From NCBI GenBank assembly GCA_039193195.1, contig JBCCWS010000005.1, forward strand, positions 56,172 to 120,171: a stretch of 64,000 nucleotides of DNA, written 5' to 3'. The number at the start of each line of letters is the position of its first letter. The stretch's first letter is position 1. Below the pieces are notes generated by a model. It saw only the letters and a list, made by a program, of their open reading frames with translations. It made no database searches and was not told where the DNA came from. This document shows, in pieces, positions 39,957 through 48,456 of this stretch. The stretch is from Pseudomonadota bacterium (GTDB taxonomy: Bacteria; Pseudomonadota; Gammaproteobacteria; Steroidobacterales; JBCBZW01). A program made the translations under genes and the position numbers.

Positions 39957-41738
39957 CTAGGGCGGTCTCGGGCGCATTGGAGTCCCGCTTTTATCCCCCG
40001 TGATACCCCAGACAAGGCGGTCGATCGCGCCGACCTCTCGGAAGTCCACCCAGGTCAGGTCCCGTAGGAAGATCGGAAGCGTCGGGGTGGTCTGTGCTGT
40101 GGGCAAGAGCACGGGAATGACCGGCAGCTCCCGATCGAGATACTCGGAAATGAATGCGCGCATTTCCTTGGTATGCCATTGGCCAAAACCTGAGTCGCCA
40201 ACGATTATGGCAGCCGCTCTGCCGGCTTCGATCTGTGCTTCGATGGCCTCCTGCCAAGTGTATCCAGGCCGCAAGTCCCACTTATCTAGCCATGGGAGGA
40301 TCCCCCGTTCGATGAGTGCTCGGCCGATCCTCTCCACTTCCTCTTTATCTTCCGAGTTGTGGCAAAGAAACACGTCGTAGTCCGCAGAACTTCGCTTACC
40401 GACTATCGTTTGCGTAGCATTTCCTCTCTCATGTGTTTTACGCCTAGTGTGCTTGGCTTCTTCGACTTGACCGCGTCGCTGCTTGGCGTCCACCGGACAC
40501 GAACAACACACGCGGAAACCCACGTGGGAGTGGCGCTCGCCCGAGAAGTACCAGAATCGGTAGGAATTGGTTGCGCTGAAGGGCAAGTCTTGCCAAGACC
40601 CGCCCCGAAGTGAACGGGCTGCATCGCCACTTATCTGCGTGCGCTGCGGACTTCCATATTCATTAGCACACCATTCCCAGACGTTCCCACTCATATCTTC
40701 AACGCCATAAGGAGAGGCCCCATGGGGGAATAGCCCAACGGCGATTGTCTCCTCTGGCTTCGCGCCACTGATACCGGCGCCACTCTCGTCTACGTGTGCG
40801 TAACCGGCCTCGTACTGATCGCCCCACGGGTAGATGCGAGCGTCTTGTCCCCGAGCAGCTTTCTCCCATTCGTGTTCGGTTGGAAGCCTCACCCGATACC
40901 CGAGGCGTTTGCTTAGCCATCGGCAATAGGCCACCGCCTCGCACCAAAGCACCCTTTCCCGTGGTCGATTGGGCACGTTCCAGCGACCGTGGCTCGCGGG
41001 CGCTCTATCATCGAGATCCTCCCACCAGGCGTCCTGATCATAGCCGCCATCTTCAATGAAGGTTTGAAATTGGGCGTTAGTCACCGGAAAGCGCGCCATG
41101 TAGTACTCGTCGATCTCAATAGGCTCCAAGGCATCGCCAAAGGAGAACGTCCCGCTGGGCACCTTGCACCAGCCGATATCCGGCAGGCCGCCAGCCGATA
41201 GGCCTACACCAGGTCCAAGGTCACCTAACCGTGCAAGCCTGTCGCCTATAGCTGCACGCTCCTTTGGCTCTGTGTGAGGGTCATTGAGGAGGGATGGTAT
41301 CTCCAAGGGTGTATGCCTACCGTGTGGGGACAAGCTAGCCTTGTCGGCCTCAAGCCGCGCTTCAATGTGCGCAAGTAGGCGAGCTTCTGCCTCTTGATCC
41401 TGAGTGAACAGATCAACGAAAAGGTGCTGTCTAAGGCCGAGCGGTGGCATCACGTCCTCAAGTCGTACGGGCACGAGCTTGCTTGCCCGTTGCGCTTCCT
41501 CCGCTTCGTCTAGCACCCAGTTCGATTCGAGAGCGCTAGACGACCAGAACACGACCACGCAGCTGGCGTCCTCGATGGCTTGGAGGATCGTATCGCTCGG
41601 TCGCTCCCCGATCAGCAGCTGCTCTTGGTCCCACCAGATCGGCCACCCGCGGTTTCTGAGCAGACTGACGACTCTCTGTACTGGCAGAGTGTCTGCAGCT
41701 GCGTAGCTGAGAAAGACGTGTCTCGCGCTCTCTTCCAT
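39957..41738 (-). CDS. TIR - FGE/SUMF1-like - TIR multidomain protein
   Basis: N-TIR VFLSYA...SNWVLDE; FGE-like RLPTEHEWEKAARG, GNVWEW, RGGSW, GFR; C-TIR DVFLCHNSEDK...WHTKE. Confidence 0.88.
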   Translation of the reverse strand: MEESARHVFLSYAAADTLPVQRVVSLLRNRGWPIWWDQEQLLIGERPSDTILQAIEDASCVVVFWSSSALESNWVLDEAEEAQRASKLVPVRLEDVMPPLGLRQHLFVDLFTQDQEAEARLLAHIEARLEADKASLSPHGRHTPLEIPSLLNDPHTEPKERAAIGDRLARLGDLGPGVGLSAGGLPDIGWCKVPSGTFSFGDALEPIEIDEYYMARFPVTNAQFQTFIEDGGYDQDAWWEDLDDRAPASHGRWNVPNRPRERVLWCEAVAYCRWLSKRLGYRVRLPTEHEWEKAARGQDARIYPWGDQYEAGYAHVDESGAGISGAKPEETIAVGLFPHGASPYGVEDMSGNVWEWCANEYGSPQRTQISGDAARSLRGGSWQDLPFSATNSYRFWYFSGERHSHVGFRVCCSCPVDAKQRRGQVEEAKHTRRKTHERGNATQTIVGKRSSADYDVFLCHNSEDKEEVERIGRALIERGILPWLDKWDLRPGYTWQEAIEAQIEAGRAAAIIVGDSGFGQWHTKEMRAFISEYLDRELPVIPVLLPTAQTTPTLPIFLRDLTWVDFREVGAIDRLVWGITGDKSGTPMRPRPP

Positions 41739-41905
41739 GTATCGAAGCTCCTAAGTATCAGTCCGTCTGTCAGCGTACGGTCAACGTTGGCGTCGGGTAG
41801 GCATATTCCCAATTCCAGCCCCCAACTTGCACTCCAAGGTGCTTCACTCTTCGTCTATCGGTCCGCACCATAGAACTGTTCTAACACCTAACCCAGGAGG
41901 GATTC

Positions 41906-42862
41906 ATGTCCATGCACGGGACCTGCGATGATTTTCTTGCCTACTGTGCCCAGACGCGAAAGCTGTCCGGTCACACTGTAAAGGCCTACGAGATCGATAT
42001 AAGGGCCTTCCTAAAGAGTCTCGGTGGCGAGGTTTGCGCGACGGAGGTCGACAAGGGTGACCTAAGGGAGTTCGTCGACAGCTGCTTTTCGAGCGGTCTG
42101 TCGCACGCAACGGTCAAGCGCCGGATCGCTTGTTTGCAGTCACTCTTTCGGTGGCTTGAGGGTGAGGGGTTGATTGAGAGCTCGCCATTCCACCGTCTAA
42201 ATCTGAAGCTCCATCTCCCCAAGCGCTTGCCTAGGAATCTGAGCAGAAGCGAGCTTCGCCAGTTGCTTCGAGTCGCGCAACGGCGCATCGGCCTGGGCCC
42301 AAAGTCGTCGTACTTGACTGAGGAGTTTCCGGTGATAACTGTAGGCAACATCAACGCAGTGACGACCCTCCTCGCTGTAGAGCTGCTGCTGACCACGGGT
42401 CTTCGAGCTAGTGAGCTCACCAACGTATCTCTCGATGATCTCTTCCTTGCGGATCGCTACATCCACATCAGGGGGAAAGGGCAAAGAGAGCGTCGCGTGT
42501 TCGTGACGGACGAGTGCATTCAAAATCTGTTGAGGTTGTATGTGCAGATTCGAACCGTGGTGTCGCCAGATCACACAAGACTTTTGGTGAACAGTCGCGG
42601 GCGACCCGCTACGCCCCAGTGCGTCCGTCTATGGATCAGGGACCTTAGTTCCAGGGCAAATCTCGGCCGTCGCGCTACCCCCCATATGTTCCGTCACTCG
42701 GCTGCGACGGAGCTGATCGGCTCAGGAGTAGACATTGCGCATGTCCAAAAACTGCTGGGGCACCAGAGCATTAGCACCACTCAGCTCTACACCCATATCA
42801 CCAATGAGGAGGTCAAACGGAGGGTGGTGAAGGCGCAGGTTCGCCGTCGAAACTATGGATAA
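41906..42862 (+). CDS. Xer-like tyrosine recombinase/integrase
   Basis: Complete catalytic set: TGLRASE (R), RGKG (K), TPHMFRHS (HxxR), LLGH, TQLYTH (Y). N-terminal core-binding domain and AGGAGG RBS. Confidence 0.93.
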   Translation: MSMHGTCDDFLAYCAQTRKLSGHTVKAYEIDIRAFLKSLGGEVCATEVDKGDLREFVDSCFSSGLSHATVKRRIACLQSLFRWLEGEGLIESSPFHRLNLKLHLPKRLPRNLSRSELRQLLRVAQRRIGLGPKSSYLTEEFPVITVGNINAVTTLLAVELLLTTGLRASELTNVSLDDLFLADRYIHIRGKGQRERRVFVTDECIQNLLRLYVQIRTVVSPDHTRLLVNSRGRPATPQCVRLWIRDLSSRANLGRRATPHMFRHSAATELIGSGVDIAHVQKLLGHQSISTTQLYTHITNEEVKRRVVKAQVRRRNYG

Positions 42863-42875
42863 CTGTTAGTTATGC
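42857..42875 (+). repeat. Left dif-like recombination site GGATAA-CTGTTAG-TTATGC
   Basis: Exact reverse complement of 46415-46433; contains the recombinase stop (TAA 42860-62) and the next ATG (42872). Confidence 0.85.
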
Positions 42876-43783
42876 ATAAGTCGACGATCAGTTCTGTTGC
42901 TGACCTATCCCGCCACGAGATGGCTGGGATACTCGAGCTCGCGGCGATGGAGAAACAGTTGTTCTCGGAATTCAGCGACGCTGCAAAGGGTATGATTCTC
43001 GGCTTACTGTTCTTTCAGCCAAGCACACGTAATCGCTTGTCCTTTGGGTCTTCATTTCTGCGGCTCGGTGGCAATACTGTTGGATTCTCCAGTCTCGAAG
43101 AGTCCCGATCAGGTGAGACTGCCCGCGAGGGTATGGAGGATCTCGCGAGGGTCGTTTCTTCCTTTTGTGACTTTGCTGCAATGAGGACGCCAGACGAAGC
43201 CCAGTTCTTAGACTTCGCCAACGCGGCGGAAGTCCCCGTAGTCTCAGCTGGGCACGGGCGTCTTGAGCATCCGACAGCGGGAATGACACACCTTTACATG
43301 CTTACACGTTTGCTAGGATCACTCGATGGGCTCAGGATCTTGGCGTTCGACCATAGCCCGACTCGAACGACCAATTCCATAATCCTCGCGCTGGCCACCT
43401 GGACAAGAGTGCATGTCGATGTCGTGTCGTCAACTGCTCCTTCCAAGTGGCTCGTGCAGAGGTGTGAGCACCTTGGAACCGTATTGCGGCACTACCCCCG
43501 CTTTGAAGAAGTCGAGGACAGCCAAACTCTAAAGGAATATCACGCGATTCTCTTTGACTTCGTAGGCGCCGCCAAGGGCATCTTGGATGGGGAGTTTCGA
43601 TTGACTAAGGAGACCATCAAGCGGTTTGACCCGGAGGTTGCCGTGCTGCATCCGCTCCCTAGGGACGAGCGACTCGCAGCGGAAATCGATGATCTTCCAA
43701 ATGCAAGGTATTTTGAGGTAGTTAAACACGCAAACTATGTCCGCGCTGCGATTTTCATAAAGCGATTGGTTCAGATCAGCTAA
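42872..43783 (+). CDS. Divergent aspartate/ornithine carbamoyltransferase-family protein
   Basis: FFQPSTRNRLSF, AMRT, EHPT, LHPLPR; several ATCase-specific residues changed. Confidence 0.8.
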   Translation: MHKSTISSVADLSRHEMAGILELAAMEKQLFSEFSDAAKGMILGLLFFQPSTRNRLSFGSSFLRLGGNTVGFSSLEESRSGETAREGMEDLARVVSSFCDFAAMRTPDEAQFLDFANAAEVPVVSAGHGRLEHPTAGMTHLYMLTRLLGSLDGLRILAFDHSPTRTTNSIILALATWTRVHVDVVSSTAPSKWLVQRCEHLGTVLRHYPRFEEVEDSQTLKEYHAILFDFVGAAKGILDGEFRLTKETIKRFDPEVAVLHPLPRDERLAAEIDDLPNARYFEVVKHANYVRAAIFIKRLVQIS

Positions 43784-46418
43784 CACGTGTAGCAATAAGT
43801 GGTAGTGCGTACGGACGCGTCAGCGCGTTTGGAAGAGATTCTGCGAGATCGACCTTTTTGTTGAAGTCGTCGATGTGGCCGCCACTGATGCCTCCGGATC
43901 TGAAAAGGCAGTAGTCTCTCAGAGTGCGGGCCACTTCTCGTTGTTGCTCTTCGCGAAAGCGGAATCTTGTCCTCAGAGAGATACCATACAGTCTCGCGGC
44001 CTCCGCGTAGTCCTTGAGCTCCATCTTGAAGTACGCGAGCGTCTTCGCGGCCCAGGCATGCACCGCTGCGTCGATGGCGAGCGTATGCTGAGTCAGTTGG
44101 TCCACTACGGACTCAGCGAGCTTACAAGCTTCTTCCTCGCGACCAGTTTTCCAGTAAAGAAGTGATGTGTTGAGACTGATCACCAGATGGGAGCGATTGG
44201 ACGCATACTGAACGGTTGCGGCCCGTGCGAACAGGTCTGCTGCGCGGTCCAAGTCGTCTCGCAGCAGCGCAGCTACTCCCCAGTTGTTGAAGGGGGCTAC
44301 ATTGTCGAACGAGCACTTTGACAGCGTGTCGATCGCCTGCTCGAAGTACTTGTCAGCCATCATCAACTGTCCAGCGTAGACTGCTCCCAATCCTGCCATG
44401 TTCAGGCAAGTGCCTAGCAGTCGTAGGTACTTTGCGCCGTAGCGATTTACCAACGAGCGAGCCTGCTCTACACCCAGAGCGTACTTGTCCACAATCTCGC
44501 CGTGAAATCTTGTGATGCCGAGCGATCGGTAGTATTGAGCCATGAGATCCTGGCGCCGCTCGATACTAGGCACTGCTTGAGCCAGCTTGGGCAGCTCATC
44601 GTAGACGAAGTCGAGATCTTCGAACTTCCCTGCGTGCTCCAGAATGGAGCCGTATAGAAGGTAGCTATCTGCTGTTTCCGAAGGCGTAAGATCGGGGAGA
44701 GACATGAGTCTCTGTCCGACTGTGATGCCGGAGGGAAGTGATCGGCGTTCGGGTGTCTCGCATTCCTTGAGCGCTTTGCAGTAGCCCAGCAACACGTGGA
44801 ACAGCTGGTCGCGTTCTACCAGACGACTCCGCAAGTACAGAAAATCGCCGAAGTCACGAGCCGAAGAGAACAGGCCGAGCTCCACTGATCTTAGAAGGGC
44901 TTTCGTGGCGATCGATACCAACTGATGATGTTTCGAAGGAGAGCTTGCTCGCGCAAAGGCGGGGCTGAGAACCGTCAGTACGCGTGGTGTCTGCAGCGTT
45001 GCCTCGACCGCATCGAGCGTCGAGGAGGTCAAATAGGTGAACGCATGCGAGTCTCCCGCTAGAAGTTTGAGCTTGAGTGTGGCCTCGGTTGCCGATTGGT
45101 GACGGATGAAACCCTGTTTGGCTGCATCCTGAAGCAGCGATGAGCACGTAATGTCGATCAGGCTCCTAAGCAACGGGGAGTCGTTCTTGATTCGCTCCAA
45201 AGACTCCAGTTTTCGGTCGTGTGCGAACACGCGATTGCCAATCACGGAAACGATGGAGGTTCGTTCTAGTTCGAGGAGTTGTTCCACGGGCTGTTGGCCA
45301 TAGGAGACGACCGCATGTTGTGTATGCAATTGGCTAAGCAGGTACTCAAGGAAGGGCTTGGAGACGTTTTGATCAAAGGCATACAGGATAAGTAGGCAGA
45401 AGGCTCCAGCTGCTCCGGCTTCTGAGTTTACGAGAAGATCCAGACGACGAATCGAGAGCGTACCGTTGCGTGGTGTAGGCGATGCACTCGCCAGGTAAGG
45501 GCGGCGTGAGTCTTCAGCAACAGAACCTAAGATCTCGCGTTCGAGTTCGGCGAGTGGGAGCTTGCTTGCCTGCGTAAGATCTTCGAAGTTGCCTCGAGTG
45601 TACGAGTGGATACCCTCGGCCAGCCCTAAGAGATCGCCTCGATTGACGTGCTCCAGGTATTGCACCGTGACTTCGTTGGAAATAGCGCCAACTGGGAGCA
45701 CCTCGAAGGGGGTGAAGCTCCCTTTCACACCGCGCTCTACTTCGTTGTACCGATTTTGATCGCGTGCGCTTCGCTTCGGTCGCGTGTCGACGACGAGCGA
45801 GAGTCGAAAGTCGGAGCTACGCAGCTTAGTGGCAAGGCTTACCAATACGTTCAGTGAGGATCGGTCTAGGCGACTGACATCTTGAATGGCGATTACCGAA
45901 TACGCCTGCTCAAAGCGCTTGACAAAACACTTGTGAAGCACGTTGGTCAGCATTGTCTGCAAGCGCCTACCAACGATTTGATGCGTGGTGATTTCATGCG
46001 CGCTGCCGAGTGCATTCGACGGGTCATTTAGCACGTGGGCGGTCCAATCGACTAAGGCAATCTCTGGCACTAGCGTTTTTATGGCCGTCAGCATCGCAGT
46101 GCCCTTTAGCGCATCGAACTCCCTGGTAACCGAACGGCGTAGCGTCTTTGGGATGGTCCGATGAAAACTGTCCAGCAACCGGAGGACGAGCGCGAACTCG
46201 CTGTTGGTATCGTCTTCCCCACACTTGTGAAACTTCACATTACCGTCGAACTCCAGCACATTGCTTAGCAGGTTGACGGTGTACTCAAGCAGTTGGCTCT
46301 TCCCAACTCCCGATTCACCTTCTATCCACAGGGCGGCCCCAGAAGAGAAGCAGCCGCGCTTAACCAGCTGATTTACACGAGTTCTTTCTGATTCTCTATC
46401 GAATAGCTGTTGTCGCAT
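43776..46418 (-). CDS. STAND-like P-loop ATPase with C-terminal TPR-like repeats
   Basis: Walker A GESGVGKS, Walker B-like IAIQD, TRGN (GxP-like), helical TPR-like C-half. Confidence 0.72.
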   Translation of the reverse strand: MRQQLFDRESERTRVNQLVKRGCFSSGAALWIEGESGVGKSQLLEYTVNLLSNVLEFDGNVKFHKCGEDDTNSEFALVLRLLDSFHRTIPKTLRRSVTREFDALKGTAMLTAIKTLVPEIALVDWTAHVLNDPSNALGSAHEITTHQIVGRRLQTMLTNVLHKCFVKRFEQAYSVIAIQDVSRLDRSSLNVLVSLATKLRSSDFRLSLVVDTRPKRSARDQNRYNEVERGVKGSFTPFEVLPVGAISNEVTVQYLEHVNRGDLLGLAEGIHSYTRGNFEDLTQASKLPLAELEREILGSVAEDSRRPYLASASPTPRNGTLSIRRLDLLVNSEAGAAGAFCLLILYAFDQNVSKPFLEYLLSQLHTQHAVVSYGQQPVEQLLELERTSIVSVIGNRVFAHDRKLESLERIKNDSPLLRSLIDITCSSLLQDAAKQGFIRHQSATEATLKLKLLAGDSHAFTYLTSSTLDAVEATLQTPRVLTVLSPAFARASSPSKHHQLVSIATKALLRSVELGLFSSARDFGDFLYLRSRLVERDQLFHVLLGYCKALKECETPERRSLPSGITVGQRLMSLPDLTPSETADSYLLYGSILEHAGKFEDLDFVYDELPKLAQAVPSIERRQDLMAQYYRSLGITRFHGEIVDKYALGVEQARSLVNRYGAKYLRLLGTCLNMAGLGAVYAGQLMMADKYFEQAIDTLSKCSFDNVAPFNNWGVAALLRDDLDRAADLFARAATVQYASNRSHLVISLNTSLLYWKTGREEEACKLAESVVDQLTQHTLAIDAAVHAWAAKTLAYFKMELKDYAEAARLYGISLRTRFRFREEQQREVARTLRDYCLFRSGGISGGHIDDFNKKVDLAESLPNALTRPYALPLIATRVS

Positions 46419-46433
46419 AACTAACAGTTATCC
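46415..46433 (-). repeat. Right dif-like recombination site (inverted copy)
   Basis: GCATAACTAACAGTTATCC; contains the ATG (46418) of the ATPase-TPR gene. Confidence 0.85.
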
Positions 46434-46752
46434 TTTGTTGGAGCGGTTTTAAGCAGAAGCGCAATCGCGCCGCGCTGCAGCAATCCCGTAAGGGGTTGAG
46501 GGTGGCTTGTTCAGCGGCATGGCAATTGCGAGTCAGGTTGAAGCTTGCCAGAGTCGAGCGGTCGCCAAGCACTAACCTAAGCGTACCTGGCGTGGTGCAT
46601 CGACACAGCGCGCGCTGATCACGACTTCGTCGTATACCACTCGGTGCAGGGAGGTCTCGCGGCCACCGGGCCGGGTCTCCTCCTGTGGCGAGTCCCCCCA
46701 GTAAGCATGATCGAGCGCCACTCTGGCGCCAACGGTACTCTGCACGGAAGGT

Positions 46753-48063
46753 ATGTCCAGCTTGAGTCAATCACCGATTCCCCTGCGCCTGTGGTTCATT
46801 AGATTCGCGCGGCAGCCATTCAAGATCCTTGGGCATCTCCTCGAGCCCATGCCCTTCTCCGCCCACCTTGAGGCGACGCACGCGGCACTGAAAAACCGCG
46901 GTCTGCAGCAAACGGTGGGCAGAATACTCGGACGGGACCCTGCAGAGTTTGAAGCCCTGGCAAAGCTAAGCATATTGAATGCCGATAGTAGGAGAAAGCT
47001 CCAGTACGTATCAGAAGTGATCAACAGCGCTTTGTACGGACATCACACGGGCAAGAAGGGCGCGATCCAGCTTGGGGCATGGAGTCGCGAAGTGGGGGAC
47101 ACAGCAAGCGTTGTCGGCCCTGCCCTCGATGCGGTCGATTTCAAGTTCGCGTTTGACGGTGTGCGCGTGCTAGGTCTTCCCCAAGCATCGCGCGCCGCGT
47201 CGGAATGGTCAGATCGTCGTTATGAGATCGCGATCGCCAAATCACTGGCTACAGGGGTAGATGCGGGTGTTCACGCGGCGCATGCGAGGGCAGCAGAAGC
47301 CGTTGCGGCTTTCGTTAGGAGCGAGTGGCCTGGGGGCAACGCGCTTCTACTGCTGGCTCTTGATTCGATGACGGTGCACGGCAAGCCATACTTCTTCGAG
47401 GTCCACATTCCGGGCCGGTCTTTAGGCATACATCTCCTGCCGTTTCTTCTGAAAGGAGAGCAACAGCTACGCCAGTACGCGAGGTCGCAGGTGAGCCGGC
47501 TGGTCCTGGATTTGCGAGACGCTGTGCCGGCTGCGATGCTGGTCCCCCAGGGCCAGACAAGCGATGGTGAATTCGGGCGTTTGGAAACGGCGATGGTCCA
47601 GGCGCTGTGCCACTCGGTACGCGATGAGCCGTCATCTGATCGAGTACCGCTCGTTCACGAGTTGAGCGGAGAGCCTTCAAGGCTGGATGTGGGGAGTGAC
47701 CGCTGGCTCGATAGGGCTCATTGGCTTGAGCGGCTAAACGATGACGCCCACACTTTTGACGGGGTGTCCCAGTGGAGGCTGATTCTTAGAAGTGAAGGGG
47801 TGTTACTGGACAAGGAGGTGCCTGAGGAGTGGGGCGATTGGTTCGTACTCAAGCCAAGGGTGAATCTCCCATGGTGGAGCAAACACAACGCCCGTGTATC
47901 GATCTTGAACCGAACGTCGCCTCGGCATGTGCAGGCGTTTAAGCGGGCCGTCGCCCTTGAAGACGTCATTGTTGAACGCTTGTTCGTCAGCGACTTCAAT
48001 GCAAACGGCGGGACTCAGGAGTACCGCTCATTCTGGGTCCTGCCTTTGCTTGCGAAAGGTTGA
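46753..48063 (+). CDS. Hypothetical protein, possibly a circularly permuted ATP-grasp-like ligase
   Basis: Long ORF; LDSMTVHGKPYFFEVH, FVLKP, VIVER and EYR resemble ATP-grasp motifs. Confidence 0.55.
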   Translation: MSSLSQSPIPLRLWFIRFARQPFKILGHLLEPMPFSAHLEATHAALKNRGLQQTVGRILGRDPAEFEALAKLSILNADSRRKLQYVSEVINSALYGHHTGKKGAIQLGAWSREVGDTASVVGPALDAVDFKFAFDGVRVLGLPQASRAASEWSDRRYEIAIAKSLATGVDAGVHAAHARAAEAVAAFVRSEWPGGNALLLLALDSMTVHGKPYFFEVHIPGRSLGIHLLPFLLKGEQQLRQYARSQVSRLVLDLRDAVPAAMLVPQGQTSDGEFGRLETAMVQALCHSVRDEPSSDRVPLVHELSGEPSRLDVGSDRWLDRAHWLERLNDDAHTFDGVSQWRLILRSEGVLLDKEVPEEWGDWFVLKPRVNLPWWSKHNARVSILNRTSPRHVQAFKRAVALEDVIVERLFVSDFNANGGTQEYRSFWVLPLLAKG

Positions 48064-48456
48064 TCAGCTTGCGAGGCGGTTGTGGGTAGGTGAACTGGGT
48101 CCAGTCAGTCCAGGCGGGCCGTCAGACCCTTGGCGGGAGCTCCGGTTAGGCGTGATCTAGATGTCGCTCAGTACGAGACTAGAAGGTAACTGCCTGAGCA
48201 CACGACTTCACCGCGTGTCCAAGGCGCTTCGAGTGTTCCGAGGTTCGTTTAAGTTGCCACGCAACGAGTGCGATGTTCGGCTCCTCGGTGACACCCTGTT
48301 GATGGCGAGTACCTTTCTCGGTCGTAACCCACGTCGACGCGGGGTGTAAGTCTTGAGAAGACACGGCGGGCCACGCCGCATGCAGATCCGTGTGCAACGA
48401 TGAGGTGCACAGGATCTTCGAGTCGCTGTATTTGATAGCTCAACCCACTCAAAGCC

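Noticed and set aside
41906..42862. Calling the recombinase xerC/xerD or an integron integrase
   Set aside because: It sits in accessory context with its own adjacent sites. I saw no IntI-type insertion before the HxxR motif and no attC hairpin array.
42872..43783. Calling this gene pyrB
   Set aside because: Aspartate-binding and HPTQ residues are altered and there is no pyr context, so the symbol is withheld.
42857..46433. The 19-bp sites as the chromosomal dif site
   Set aside because: There are two inverted copies with a 7-bp spacer, the outer arms do not match the XerD consensus TTATGTTAAAT, and both overlap start codons.
48064..48456. Additional copies of the recombination site before neighbouring genes
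   Set aside because: Inspection of the starts at 41738, 46753, 48457 and 37808 found no match; only two sites are supported.
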